From Escherichia phage vB_EcoM_01: 64,000 nucleotides of DNA. Position numbers and translations under genes: made by a program. The stretch lies in sequence record PP129558; one strand, given 5' to 3'. This document shows, one piece after another, positions 19,667 to 29,513 of the stretch (positions are counted from its first letter, which is position 1; each line of letters starts with the position of its first letter). A model generated the notes under the pieces. The model worked only from the letters and a program-made list of their open reading frames with translations. It had not been told where the DNA came from and made no database searches.

Positions 19667-21443
19667 AATAGTTGCTATCCGTAGGCAAATTAGCAGGATT
19701 GTTGAAATACTGCTCTTTGTCATGCAGAGTTGCAGTTCTAATGTCATAGTAAAACTGCCCTGCCGGACCAGTTTCCGAGAACTCACGGTTTTTTAGGATA
19801 AAGCAATGAGTCGTATTGCGTTCTACAGGGTCTTCAGCGGCTTTATCTCGTTCCAAAGCCAAGGTAATACCAGCACCTTTAGCCAAGAAACTACTACCCA
19901 TTGCATCGTCCTCTGTTAAGTGTTCATTGCCACCATTAGCCGACTTCTTAACGTGTGAGATGACGATAATGGTTATAGCATACTCTTTCATGATGCGCTT
20001 CAACCATGTTGCTAACTCTTCCTGGGCTTGAACATCCATACCAGAAAGCAAATCAGAATAAGGGTCGATAACAAGAATTGTTACTCCAAAATAGATGATC
20101 ATCTCCAAAACTTTTTCTTTGATAGACTCCACATCTGCTCCACGATCATCACACACATAAAAACGTGGTGATCCATCTTCTCTTTCGTAAAAATCTAGGA
20201 TTTTTTCTTTATTCTCTTCCAAGATTTGAAATTTCTCTTCCGGTGTTTTCCTGTGTAGAGGAATATGCAGGAACGAGGACAACAGGTTACGAGAATATTT
20301 CTTATAAGTTGCTTCCAAGGACAGAATACCTAGGGTATGTTCTGGGTGCGCAACAATAATATGTTTGGTGATCTCGTTCACCATCAAAGTTTTACCGATA
20401 CTGGTCTTTGCCAGGATAACTGTAATCTCTTCCTCTACTAAACCACCACCCAGCATATTTGCAGCAACACGCATAAAAGGAGGCAAGGTAATCATCTTGG
20501 ATTCCAAGCATTCTAATGCAGCTTCATACAAGACATTAGAAGCATAAACACCTGCTGGGGTGTATAGACGAGCACTCCAAAAAGCTTTTACGAAATCTTT
20601 TGCACGACCTTCTTCCAGATACTGATTGGCATCCTTAAGATCCATCTGCATACGGTAGACTTTGTTACGAGGCAGCACCTTAACAATATTTTCAAATGCC
20701 TCATTACCTGCTTTGTCATTATCCATGCAAACAATAATCTTCTTAAATTTTTCAAAGAAAGGATATTGTGCCTGAACTTGTTTATACATACTGGTTTCAC
20801 CAGTTGTGCCACTAACTACTGCTGGAAGTTCATATTTGTTGTCCAAGTTTTCAGACAGCATTTGATAAGCTGCCAGAGCATCGTGTTCACCACCTGTAAT
20901 TACCACAGTATGAGAACGGTCTGCAAAACGAATTTGTCCAAAAAGATCTACATCTTTACCTACTTGACCAATAGGTTTGCTGAAATCTTTAGGATGAATA
21001 CGACGCTTAAAACCAACCAACTCTTTACCGATAGTAGTTGGATATAAACAACTTTCTACTACCATCTGATCCCCTTCCTGACGGTATTCATAACGAACAC
21101 CATAGAAAGATGAAACTTTTTCTTTAATGCCTCGATAACCACGTGGGTTGGTTGATGTTTCTTGAACAATTTTACGATGAATCTGTTTATTAAATTCCGA
21201 ACCCACAATCTCCTCCTCTTCTTCTAAAACTTCACCATTTTCTCGTAACCATTCTACGCTAGGAATAGTGTATTCACACGCAAAGCACTTAGCACCTTTA
21301 TGCTCTCCATTAGAATCTAATCCATAAACCATCAGGTTATTACGAGAGCGATCCTTGCCATTTTTCATGCAGCGCGGACAACCTGTATGCCCTTCCTTGC
21401 TAAGATCAACATCAAATCCATATTTAGTTATAATGTGCGACAC
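19665..21443 (-). CDS. primase-helicase (zinc-finger primase N-term, DnaB-like helicase C-term)
   Basis: 592 aa; CPRC...CFAC zinc motif; SIGKT Walker A-like and ILVIDPYSDL Walker B-like. Confidence 0.65.
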   Translation of the reverse strand: MSHIITKYGFDVDLSKEGHTGCPRCMKNGKDRSRNNLMVYGLDSNGEHKGAKCFACEYTIPSVEWLRENGEVLEEEEEIVGSEFNKQIHRKIVQETSTNPRGYRGIKEKVSSFYGVRYEYRQEGDQMVVESCLYPTTIGKELVGFKRRIHPKDFSKPIGQVGKDVDLFGQIRFADRSHTVVITGGEHDALAAYQMLSENLDNKYELPAVVSGTTGETSMYKQVQAQYPFFEKFKKIIVCMDNDKAGNEAFENIVKVLPRNKVYRMQMDLKDANQYLEEGRAKDFVKAFWSARLYTPAGVYASNVLYEAALECLESKMITLPPFMRVAANMLGGGLVEEEITVILAKTSIGKTLMVNEITKHIIVAHPEHTLGILSLEATYKKYSRNLLSSFLHIPLHRKTPEEKFQILEENKEKILDFYEREDGSPRFYVCDDRGADVESIKEKVLEMIIYFGVTILVIDPYSDLLSGMDVQAQEELATWLKRIMKEYAITIIVISHVKKSANGGNEHLTEDDAMGSSFLAKGAGITLALERDKAAEDPVERNTTHCFILKNREFSETGPAGQFYYDIRTATLHDKEQYFNNPANLPTDSNY

Positions 21444-21455
21444 TTTGTTCTCCTG

Positions 21456-21734
21456 TTAAAATGGTTCGTTAGTCTCCATCATATATTCTGCTTCTAGTTC
21501 TTCCATGTGCTTTCTAAATTGGAAAGCAATTTCTGCTACAGTTACATTTAAATCTTTTTCAAAAACTTCTGTAGAGCCTTCATAAAAACGAATACCGTCG
21601 ATTAAAAGCCCTCCGTGGTAATCCCAATCACTTTCACGAGAAAGCGGGTTAGGCTCTTCATAATAGTAATCCACCTCCACGACTAAGGCTTTCCCGTTAC
21701 GAGTGGTGTATTCAAAATCAAAAGTGTTAATCAT
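21456..21734 (-). CDS. hypothetical protein
   Basis: 92 aa ORF. Confidence 0.45.
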   Translation of the reverse strand: MINTFDFEYTTRNGKALVVEVDYYYEEPNPLSRESDWDYHGGLLIDGIRFYEGSTEVFEKDLNVTVAEIAFQFRKHMEELEAEYMMETNEPF

Positions 21735-22678
21735 TATAGCTCCTCAAATAAAAGTCTACGACGCTCATTCAACACATCAATGTGATAATGAGTCCTGACA
21801 TACTTAGCTAATGCTAATCCTTTCTCCATGCAAACATCGGGAGCACTTAATAAGTATTCCGTAATATCTTTCCACTCGGAAGGTGTTTCAGCAAAGAATA
21901 ACAAATCTTTAAACTCTTGTGTATGATAATTCTCACGAGGAGAACAGATCAAAGGTAAACCCTTAGCACCTGCCTCAAGAATTTTAAGATTGCTTTTTGC
22001 ATTATTAAACACGTTATCAAGCAATGGCGCAAGACTGATTTGATGACCATCGTAAGATTCCATGTAGTTGGCATATGGTCTTACACCTTCATAAACACAA
22101 GTTGGTGCTACATTTTCTCTGATCACAGACCATTCACGACTACTTAAAACTTCAGAATCCCTACGAAAACCACATATTGTAAGATCTTTACCAAAATCGG
22201 GCAAGATAGCCAAATCTTGTTTATGTGTTTCACTTCCAGCCCAGACTAATGGAGTTTTGGAGTAGCGATCACGGGTCAACACAAATTGACCTTCATCGTA
22301 AGGAAGACCATTAGGGATTATGTGCACATTATCATTGTATTGTGAAAGTTCAACTTGCAAAGCAGGTGTCGTAGTTGTAACAAGATCGCTGTGCTCTAAA
22401 AACCATTTTAAATGTTCACGAATACCTGATTCAAAAATACCTTCTAACATGTGTCCTTTTGGAATAACTAAAGAGTCATCCAAATCCATAACCATTTTAA
22501 AGCCTAGGTTTTTAAGGGCTAAAAAGCCCTCTTTACCTTTTGTTGGCACTCCGTTAAAAACGAAAACGTTGTGTTTAGGTTGTGAAGAGAACTGCCTTGA
22601 GTAAGGCAGCACTACCCTATGGAAATCGCAGACACTATAATTGATTCCGTTACGATTGTCAAGAATTATTTGTCCCAT
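21734..22678 (-). CDS. glycosyltransferase-like protein (GT-B-like), paralogue 1
   Basis: 314 aa; C-terminal NLKILEAGAKGLPLICS resembles the E-x7-G..P sugar-donor motif of GT1/GT4 enzymes; paralogous to next gene. Confidence 0.5.
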   Translation of the reverse strand: MGQIILDNRNGINYSVCDFHRVVLPYSRQFSSQPKHNVFVFNGVPTKGKEGFLALKNLGFKMVMDLDDSLVIPKGHMLEGIFESGIREHLKWFLEHSDLVTTTTPALQVELSQYNDNVHIIPNGLPYDEGQFVLTRDRYSKTPLVWAGSETHKQDLAILPDFGKDLTICGFRRDSEVLSSREWSVIRENVAPTCVYEGVRPYANYMESYDGHQISLAPLLDNVFNNAKSNLKILEAGAKGLPLICSPRENYHTQEFKDLLFFAETPSEWKDITEYLLSAPDVCMEKGLALAKYVRTHYHIDVLNERRRLLFEEL

Positions 22679-22685
22679 ACTTCAC

Positions 22686-23633
22686 CTACAAACTTTCAAT
22701 AACCTGGCGTCGCAACTCATTTGCATCTGCCAGATTATAATGTGTTCGAACATGTTCAGCCAAGAACAAGCCACGATCTTCCCGATAATTTGGATTGCGA
22801 AGAAGCTTAACAATTTCGTAATGCCATTCTGCTTTATTCTCTGCGTAAGTAACAGCACGAGCATCTACAGGGTTAAAATAAGGTAATACCTTAGAACAAA
22901 CAATCGGAATACCTTTTGCCCCAGCTTCAAGGATTTTGAGATTACTTTTACAATTATTAAAATCATTGTCTACCAAAGGAGCTATAGCAATAGCATGACT
23001 TTCGTAAACACTCATGTAATTATCTAAATCTTTTACAGCAGCTTTATATTTGGCGTTTGGTAAATTTCTACGGATCTTAATCCACTCTTGCCCTGTGATA
23101 CTCTGCGATGCTTCATATCCTGCAATAGTAAGAAGTTCATCATCGAAAGTATTAGAGACTAGTCGTAAATCGGGTTCGTGACTAGCACCGCCAGCCCATA
23201 CAACAGGGGTACCGGATGAACGATCATTTGACAAAGTGAATTGTCCGCTATCAAAAGGAAGTGCATTTCGGATCACAACAACATTCCTATTTAAGTGACG
23301 GATCTTATATGCCAAATATTCCGTAGTCACAATGACCACATCGGCAAGCTTAACCATAGCTACAATAGCATGAGTGTTTGACTCATATAAACTTGCTAAA
23401 TAATGTTCTGGATTAAGTTGGTAGAAATCATCTAAATCTACAACAATCTTAACACCTTGACGTTTCAGGGACAGAACATATTCTGCCCCTTTAGAATGAA
23501 TACGGTTAAACACGACAACATCTTTCTTAGGCTGAAAATTATTGTTGTTAAATGGTATAACAATACGATGATAATCACAACCACTGTGAGGTTTTGCATC
23601 AATTTTCAGTTTAGTCCATTTTTTATTTGACAT
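22686..23633 (-). CDS. glycosyltransferase-like protein (GT-B-like), paralogue 2
   Basis: Shares NLKILEAGAKGIPIVCS and TPVVWAGG motifs with 21734-22678; start set at ATG 23633 with GAGGAGG RBS (track ORF extends to 23672). Confidence 0.5.
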   Translation of the reverse strand: MSNKKWTKLKIDAKPHSGCDYHRIVIPFNNNNFQPKKDVVVFNRIHSKGAEYVLSLKRQGVKIVVDLDDFYQLNPEHYLASLYESNTHAIVAMVKLADVVIVTTEYLAYKIRHLNRNVVVIRNALPFDSGQFTLSNDRSSGTPVVWAGGASHEPDLRLVSNTFDDELLTIAGYEASQSITGQEWIKIRRNLPNAKYKAAVKDLDNYMSVYESHAIAIAPLVDNDFNNCKSNLKILEAGAKGIPIVCSKVLPYFNPVDARAVTYAENKAEWHYEIVKLLRNPNYREDRGLFLAEHVRTHYNLADANELRRQVIESL

Positions 23634-24306
23634 GTGCCAGTGCCTCCTCATAAGAAATTCGGATTTTCCCATTTTTAATATCTTCTAAAGACGCTTTATA
23701 TTCTTCCCAGTTAATGCCAATAGCAACTTCTTTCTCTTCTTTTGTCAGATTAGCAAAAGGCATAGGATTGTTTCCAAAAACATCGTCTGGGTGGATATAA
23801 GCCATGATACGAAGTGGACAAGGTATTGCCTGAATGCCCTGATTCAAACCAGCAGCTTTCAAACGGTGTACCCATTCAGCATCTTCAAAACCATAGCCGT
23901 GAGTGTAAGGGCGGAAATAACCCATCTTCTCAACAACGGCACGAGAATACATTGCAAATTGACACATTGCAAGTTCCCAGAGAATAACTTCTCCTTTACT
24001 CCCAACAACTTTATCTTTGAAATACTCCGGCATACCAAAGAAATCCCATCCTCCAGAGACAGCTTGATCTACAAAATATGTTTCCCATCCCTCCATGATT
24101 GGGTAGCAATCGTCGTCAAAAATAAACCAATAATCATAACCTTCTTCATAAAACTGGTGCATAAGTTCATTCCTGGCGTAAGCTACACCTTTACGATCTG
24201 GATCGTTGAATACTCGAAAATCTGCATGTGGATCTGTTACAAGGTAGTCTTTAAGTGGACGGACACCTACAGTGATAACACCCACTCCGATTTTAATATT
24301 TTCCAT
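23623..24306 (-). CDS. glycosyltransferase-like protein (GT-A fold, DxD)
   Basis: 227 aa; GVGVITVG near N terminus, FIFDDDCYP (DxD-like), GFEDAEW. Confidence 0.45.
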   Translation of the reverse strand: MENIKIGVGVITVGVRPLKDYLVTDPHADFRVFNDPDRKGVAYARNELMHQFYEEGYDYWFIFDDDCYPIMEGWETYFVDQAVSGGWDFFGMPEYFKDKVVGSKGEVILWELAMCQFAMYSRAVVEKMGYFRPYTHGYGFEDAEWVHRLKAAGLNQGIQAIPCPLRIMAYIHPDDVFGNNPMPFANLTKEEKEVAIGINWEEYKASLEDIKNGKIRISYEEALAHVK

Positions 24307-24314
24307 TTTCTCTC

Positions 24315-24878
24315 CTAAATAGTTTTACTGTGATCGTGACAGTGTAATAAATGATGTATAGACCGTTGAGGATTTGTTTGACCTAATCTGTAAATGTGAA
24401 ACAGATACATTCCCCGCATCAATCCTAACCTCTTTCCTTTTTCATGTAAAGTGCGAGAGAAAATTAAGTCGAATTGGATAGATTTTTCTTCGAAAGGAAT
24501 TTCATTCCACAATGATTTTCTAAAAAGCAAAAAGAAACCTGCCAGAGGTGTTCCGAAAGGAACTTCTTCAACACTCACTTTATGATATTCTCTTGCAATC
24601 TTAGCATATTCTATATGGTTTAGAATATCTGGATCATCGTTAATTTGGTTAGAGAAAAGCTGATAACCACTACCTAACCTGTTACAAGTTGCACCTATTA
24701 CATCAAAAGGCGGGTTTGACATAACAAGCTCTTCAAGCATAGATGGTTGATCAGGCAGGAGGAACATTGTATCGGTATCTCTTAAGCACACCCAACTATC
24801 ATCTGGAAGAACGGCAATAGCTTCATTGATAGCCTTGCCGATATTTCCTGTCAGATAGGGAGTAATATAATAAATCAT
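24315..24878 (-). CDS. possible glycosyltransferase (GT-A-like) / hypothetical
   Basis: 187 aa; YITPY...RDTD motifs; same block as three GT-like genes. Confidence 0.35.
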   Translation of the reverse strand: MIYYITPYLTGNIGKAINEAIAVLPDDSWVCLRDTDTMFLLPDQPSMLEELVMSNPPFDVIGATCNRLGSGYQLFSNQINDDPDILNHIEYAKIAREYHKVSVEEVPFGTPLAGFFLLFRKSLWNEIPFEEKSIQFDLIFSRTLHEKGKRLGLMRGMYLFHIYRLGQTNPQRSIHHLLHCHDHSKTI

Positions 24879-24894
24879 TCTCCCCTCCGTTATA

Positions 24895-25086
24895 TTAACT
24901 GTCAGCTACAATCCCACGTTTAATCATTTCTTGTTGGATTTGGATGACACGATCTCGTGCTTCCATATATTCTTTAAAAGATTCTTGGAGATGGTCACGA
25001 GCTACATCCCGTAGTTTAATCAGCTTGTCGTTTGTCACTTCTTGAAGAGAGATCTCGCCAGTTTCATTGGTCCCAAGCGTTTTCAT
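24895..25086 (-). CDS. hypothetical small protein
   Basis: 63 aa ORF. Confidence 0.4.
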   Translation of the reverse strand: MKTLGTNETGEISLQEVTNDKLIKLRDVARDHLQESFKEYMEARDRVIQIQQEMIKRGIVADS

Positions 25087-25342
25087 TTACAACCTCCTTA
25101 ATAGCTACTGCACAGTTCTTACAAATACATTGACCTTTGTTCTTAGAAATTTCAATGTAAGGTTCATTTTCGTTTTCTCCGCGTCGTGAATCGTATATTA
25201 CTGTATTGAAGCAGACAACGCAAATGTTTTTAATAACGACATATTTTTGCACTTTCTGTTTAGTGCGAAAATTGACTTCAATGACTTCTCCCATCAATGA
25301 ATCTCCCCTAAAATGTTGTTTTGAGACATTACTGCGGAGCAT
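25064..25342 (-). CDS. small Cys-rich (zinc-ribbon-like) protein
   Basis: 92 aa; CVVC...CICKNC. Confidence 0.4.
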   Translation of the reverse strand: MLRSNVSKQHFRGDSLMGEVIEVNFRTKQKVQKYVVIKNICVVCFNTVIYDSRRGENENEPYIEISKNKGQCICKNCAVAIKEVVNENAWDQ

Positions 25343-25578
25343 TCTACAGCATCATGAGTCCTTGCAAAACGCTCCCACAACACAGCATCTACTTTAAGAA
25401 CCATACAAGGATAAATACTGTCGTTGATCATATCAATGCTATATTTATCTACATCCTTTTCATCTTCCATAAACAAAGTAGCGTATGCTTCTAAATGCTT
25501 ACGGGTGTAGTATACATCCTCTTCGGTAAGACCGACAACCAGGTAACTTGCTACAACAACAGTATTATCTTCTTGCAT
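25294..25578 (-). CDS. hypothetical protein
   Basis: Start placed at internal ATG (MQEDNT) to avoid overlap with upstream gene. Confidence 0.4.
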   Translation of the reverse strand: MQEDNTVVVASYLVVGLTEEDVYYTRKHLEAYATLFMEDEKDVDKYSIDMINDSIYPCMVLKVDAVLWERFARTHDAVECSAVMSQNNILGEIH

Positions 25579-25579
25579 T

Positions 25580-26101
25580 TTAACTCCCCTTTGGTAGATA
25601 GAAACCATGCACTTTATCTCGATAAACAAGACGCATATCACGTTCCCAGTGTGTCCTTATATTCCGTTTCTTGAAGTATAGAGCACCTTTAGTAACATCT
25701 AAAACAGACCGCAATTCAGGAAAATGTTTCTCTAAATAAAGTAAACGCTCCGCTATTGCTTTTGCTTCCTGCCACTTATCTTTCTCTGTTACGTTAAAAG
25801 TTTTCGCATATGAGAATTGTCCTTTCTGGAACAAGACTCCTCTGACTGTGTTAGGGAAGTAGGTATCATTTCTTCTGTTGATTACCACATTCCCAACGGC
25901 ATTCATTCCTTTTTTACCCAGACCTCGACCTTCTGCGTAAATTGCACAAGCTAATAGAATTTTATCATTATATTGCTTTGTACATTTGTGAACTACTTTA
26001 GCAGTTTTTACGTTTGCAGCTTCGGCTTTCGCCACAACAGGTGTAAATGTAAAAGCAGTTAAGGATAGTAACGCAACTGTTACAAAGTTTTTTATCAGCA
26101 A
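25580..26101 (-). CDS. secreted cell-wall hydrolase (SleB/CwlJ-like)
   Basis: 173 aa; N-terminal signal-like segment; CAIYAEGRG...GMNAVGNVVINR...VLFQKGQFS resembles spore-cortex-lytic hydrolase family. Confidence 0.6.
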   Translation of the reverse strand: MLIKNFVTVALLSLTAFTFTPVVAKAEAANVKTAKVVHKCTKQYNDKILLACAIYAEGRGLGKKGMNAVGNVVINRRNDTYFPNTVRGVLFQKGQFSYAKTFNVTEKDKWQEAKAIAERLLYLEKHFPELRSVLDVTKGALYFKKRNIRTHWERDMRLVYRDKVHGFYLPKGS

Positions 26102-26200
26102 ATTTTGCCTCCTTTTTAAGTTAACGAATTTCTAGTATAACACGATAGAGGCTTTATTGCAAGAGGGGGATTTCTCCCCCTCAAAATCATTTGTTAATTA

Positions 26201-26803
26201 TTACGGACATTCATACCATTCTTTTTTACCACCAAAGGCCATCACCACATCACAAATATCCAGACCAGCTTTACCTACACCATATGCTTTCAGCTTCCAT
26301 TCCCCATCTTCACGAACCAAGGAAGCCACGTGGCAGATTGTGTTGCCAGCTACTTCAGGAGCCAGGAAGTCAAAATCCAGAATTTCCACATTGCGCTCGG
26401 AGTCGAAGATTTTAAGCATACCTTCAGAAGCATGACCAAAACGTTTCAGACCTGTATCATCATCAATGGTCAGAACAAAGGCAATCTCTTGTGCGTCAGG
26501 AGAGATTTTAGCCAGAGTAATATCAATCTGCTCCATGCTGCCAGTTCCATCACGAACATCGTCACCAGCGAAGGTAGAACGTTCAGGATCAAACTTGTTA
26601 GCATAGCAAACCAGATGACGTGCAGACAGCATTTCAGGATTGCCAGCGGCATTGTGACGACAAACCAGTGCACTTACATCCAGATCTAGTTTAGAATCAG
26701 ATTTCCAAGAGAATTCCAGGCGCAGTTCTTTCAGAGCCGGAGCAACTTTCTTCAGGGAAATTTTTTCGCTAGAGCCTTTTTTCAGGGAAATTTTATCAGT
26801 CAT
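26201..26803 (-). CDS. terD: TerD-domain protein
   Basis: 200 aa; N-terminal ISLKK repeats, LDLDVSALV, GDDVRDGTGSMEQIDITL, IAFVLTIDD, DGEWKLKAYGVG match conserved TerD blocks. Confidence 0.8.
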   Translation of the reverse strand: MTDKISLKKGSSEKISLKKVAPALKELRLEFSWKSDSKLDLDVSALVCRHNAAGNPEMLSARHLVCYANKFDPERSTFAGDDVRDGTGSMEQIDITLAKISPDAQEIAFVLTIDDDTGLKRFGHASEGMLKIFDSERNVEILDFDFLAPEVAGNTICHVASLVREDGEWKLKAYGVGKAGLDICDVVMAFGGKKEWYECP

Positions 26804-26818
26804 CTTTTGTCTCCTCTA

Positions 26819-27088
26819 TTATTTAAGTGTAATACCAGTTACAGTCAATTCTACTTCCAAAAGCTTAGATGTGTTTTGGATTGATACTAATTGTGCATGA
26901 TGGTTTAGTTCTACAGCAGAATAATCATTTTCCCCATCATCTACTTTTAAATAAACAATGATTTCACTAAGGTCTAAACCATTTTCGTCAAATGCATTTT
27001 CATAAACGAAAGTATCTCCTACATCCAAATCTTTAATGGTAAGGCATCGTTTATTTACTTTTTGCTCATCAATTTCGAAGTTTAACAC
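26819..27088 (-). CDS. small protein, paralogue of 28110-28388
   Basis: 89 aa; shares DLDVG.TF.Y..A.DE.GLD and VEL.VT.ITLK with the other copy. Confidence 0.5.
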   Translation of the reverse strand: MLNFEIDEQKVNKRCLTIKDLDVGDTFVYENAFDENGLDLSEIIVYLKVDDGENDYSAVELNHHAQLVSIQNTSKLLEVELTVTGITLK

Positions 27089-27317
27089 TTCTTCCTCCTA
27101 ATGTTATCTCCGGTTTGTATATACGAAGAATTATAGCATTTTCATTTTCTTTGTCAACCCATTCTTCATAATCAGGCCATACATGAATCTCTACTCTACT
27201 TACAATATCTTCCATTCGCACAGTCCCAATGAAATACTCTTTGAGACTGCGCATAATGAAAGCTTCTCTCTCGCGCCAATAATTTTCTATGACTTGAGAG
27301 GCAAGCTCGTCGATCAT
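27069..27317 (-). CDS. hypothetical protein
   Basis: 82 aa ORF. Confidence 0.45.
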   Translation of the reverse strand: MIDELASQVIENYWREREAFIMRSLKEYFIGTVRMEDIVSRVEIHVWPDYEEWVDKENENAIILRIYKPEITLGGRSVKLRN

Positions 27318-28108
27318 TTTTTAGCACCTACTTTAACAACCCACTCTCCGAACTCTTCAGATAAGAGTTTGTCATAAAGCTCTGAATCTGTCAAGTCTAA
27401 ATCTTTAATGCCAATAAAACCAACATTATCATAAGCATTTGCCAGTTCTTTCAGGAAGCCAAACTTCTCATTACCAACGCCAACCATGAACCAATAAATA
27501 GGTTTATTCTTATTCTCTTCGATAAGACGACGAACAGCACTAGGATCACCATTCTCACCATCAGTCTGGAAGAATACAACACCAGGGGTAACGTCAGCAC
27601 CTGGTTCAGATACAGCTACAACTTTTTCACGCTCTACAGACACTGTTTCAGTTTTACCAAGCAGACGATTAAAGAAGCCTTTCTTTGGAGCCTCCTCTTG
27701 TACCACTTGTTTAGTGGTAATATATTTAGTAACAGTGCCAAAATACTCATCGTAGATATCCGCCATTACAGGGGCGTAATTTGTTCCACCTCCGATACGA
27801 ACATTACGCATACATTTACCAACATAATCGTCGTAAACATCTGCTGTTGCTGGAGTAAGCTCTTGGGAACTCGTATTGAAGGCCCACATATCAATTTGTT
27901 GATTATCGTCGAACAGCATACCAAAAGGAAGCAGTTTACCTACAAAATCACTCACTACCCCACTAGAATATAGACCATGCATACTACCAGAAATATCTAG
28001 AGCACATGCTACACGAAGAACAATCTTACCTTCGTTCAGGTTCTTATTCTTTTTCAGAGAGAAAGCAAGGTTTTCTTGACGTTTTTTCAGGCTGATTTTC
28101 TCGGACAT
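27314..28108 (-). CDS. von Willebrand factor A domain protein (TerY/TerF-like)
   Basis: 264 aa; MIDAS-type motif VACALDISGSM; N terminus carries ISLKK/FSLKK segments like the TerD gene. Confidence 0.65.
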   Translation of the reverse strand: MSEKISLKKRQENLAFSLKKNKNLNEGKIVLRVACALDISGSMHGLYSSGVVSDFVGKLLPFGMLFDDNQQIDMWAFNTSSQELTPATADVYDDYVGKCMRNVRIGGGTNYAPVMADIYDEYFGTVTKYITTKQVVQEEAPKKGFFNRLLGKTETVSVEREKVVAVSEPGADVTPGVVFFQTDGENGDPSAVRRLIEENKNKPIYWFMVGVGNEKFGFLKELANAYDNVGFIGIKDLDLTDSELYDKLLSEEFGEWVVKVGAKK

Positions 28109-28109
28109 A

Positions 28110-28388
28110 TTATTTCTCCTTTTTAAGTGTAATATTGGTAACTTCTAAATCTACTTCCACCATATTTGTATCTGGTGGGATGCAATGAGTATAGCCTCGT
28201 TGTGCTAGTGATCCATTAATACAGATCGCACTGTTTGTGGAATTTTTAATGAACACCAAGTTACGGTAGGTATCCAACCCTGCGTCTTCATAGGCATCAT
28301 AATACATGAATGTGGCCCCTACGTCAAGATCTTCGAAAGCAATAGGTAAATCCTGACTTTTTTCTTCTTGAATATTGAATCTAAACAC
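28110..28388 (-). CDS. small protein, paralogue of 26819-27088
   Basis: Start proposed at GTG 28388 with GAGGAGG RBS (track ORF starts 28454). Confidence 0.45.
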   Translation of the reverse strand: MFRFNIQEEKSQDLPIAFEDLDVGATFMYYDAYEDAGLDTYRNLVFIKNSTNSAICINGSLAQRGYTHCIPPDTNMVEVDLEVTNITLKKEK

Positions 28389-28944
28389 GCATACCTCCTC
28401 TACCAATTTTGAAGCCCAAATCGTAAGCTTCCTTAGTGATCTTTTGTAACTCACTTATAGGAAGTGTTACAAGAGGATCATCTTCTTCAATTTCCATCTT
28501 GTCATCTTCTGTTTCAATGAGAGTATTATGCACTTTGTGATAAGGGTTGTCAACACGTTTAAACTTATTCTTTTCTGTGCTGAAAAAACAATCTGGATCT
28601 TCTTCACCATCACCCCAACCTTGGTTAGGATCTCCGTCAGATTGTTCTGTAGGGATTTCACCTGTAAAGTACTCTTCCAGCACCATAGCAATACCGTCTC
28701 TTGGATTTGAGGAATGCATTAAATCACAAACCTTACCCCAATCCGTAGCCCATTCGAACCGTTCACGAACGCCATTTTCACCCTCTTTTCCAGAGAAAAC
28801 ACAACCATAACTATCATAGTTGCCATACATCTCTTCAATAACAACACCGTCCTTCAAAAGAAAGAGGTAGCAAGGTGATCCGTCGAAAGAAGTAGAAAGG
28901 GCAGCTTTGCCCGATTCTTTGCACAAAAAGCTAAAACAACCCAT
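28381..28944 (-). CDS. hypothetical protein
   Basis: 187 aa ORF, acidic. Confidence 0.5.
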   Translation of the reverse strand: MGCFSFLCKESGKAALSTSFDGSPCYLFLLKDGVVIEEMYGNYDSYGCVFSGKEGENGVRERFEWATDWGKVCDLMHSSNPRDGIAMVLEEYFTGEIPTEQSDGDPNQGWGDGEEDPDCFFSTEKNKFKRVDNPYHKVHNTLIETEDDKMEIEEDDPLVTLPISELQKITKEAYDLGFKIGRGGMRV

Positions 28945-29147
28945 TACAAACCCTCCTTCAGATTATCAAGAGCTACAGTGGTTTCACAAGAGTCTCCATA
29001 AGTTTTATGATGTTCCAGAAAAGCTTCGGGTCCACCCCAGTCATTATCTTGTGTATTCCAGCCATCAATAAAAGCATCTTCAATGATTGTGATCAGTTCT
29101 TGTCGGGTTAACTGGATAATATTAGGATCGTTATCGTAGTTAAACAT
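28944..29147 (-). CDS. hypothetical protein
   Basis: 67 aa ORF. Confidence 0.4.
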   Translation of the reverse strand: MFNYDNDPNIIQLTRQELITIIEDAFIDGWNTQDNDWGGPEAFLEHHKTYGDSCETTVALDNLKEGL

Positions 29148-29312
29148 CTTCTTCCTCCTCTAAAATATGGAACCCGTAATTACAATAATCCTGAAAGGTT
29201 TCGTGCGCAAGATCTTCTATATCCTCTTGAGACATATCATCTTCAATTTCGATATCCACAACCTCATTGCATCCACACCAAGCAGTTTCAATATTCACTC
29301 GTAATATTTTCA

Positions 29313-29513
29313 TTACTCCTCCTCCTCCTCATTGAAGTCAATATCTGCAAGGAGTTCGAATTTACGGAAGTTACGACAACCTTCATAAATATAACAATCA
29401 CGACAAACTGCTAGAACACTTGGGGGATATATACCTCCCATCGGTGCGAATCGTTTTTCGTCATCATAACGGACACCAATGTCTTCATCAATTATATAGA
29501 TACGGATTCTCAT
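29313..29513 (-). CDS. small Cys-rich protein
   Basis: 66 aa; CRDCYIYEGC. Confidence 0.4.
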   Translation of the reverse strand: MRIRIYIIDEDIGVRYDDEKRFAPMGGIYPPSVLAVCRDCYIYEGCRNFRKFELLADIDFNEEEEE

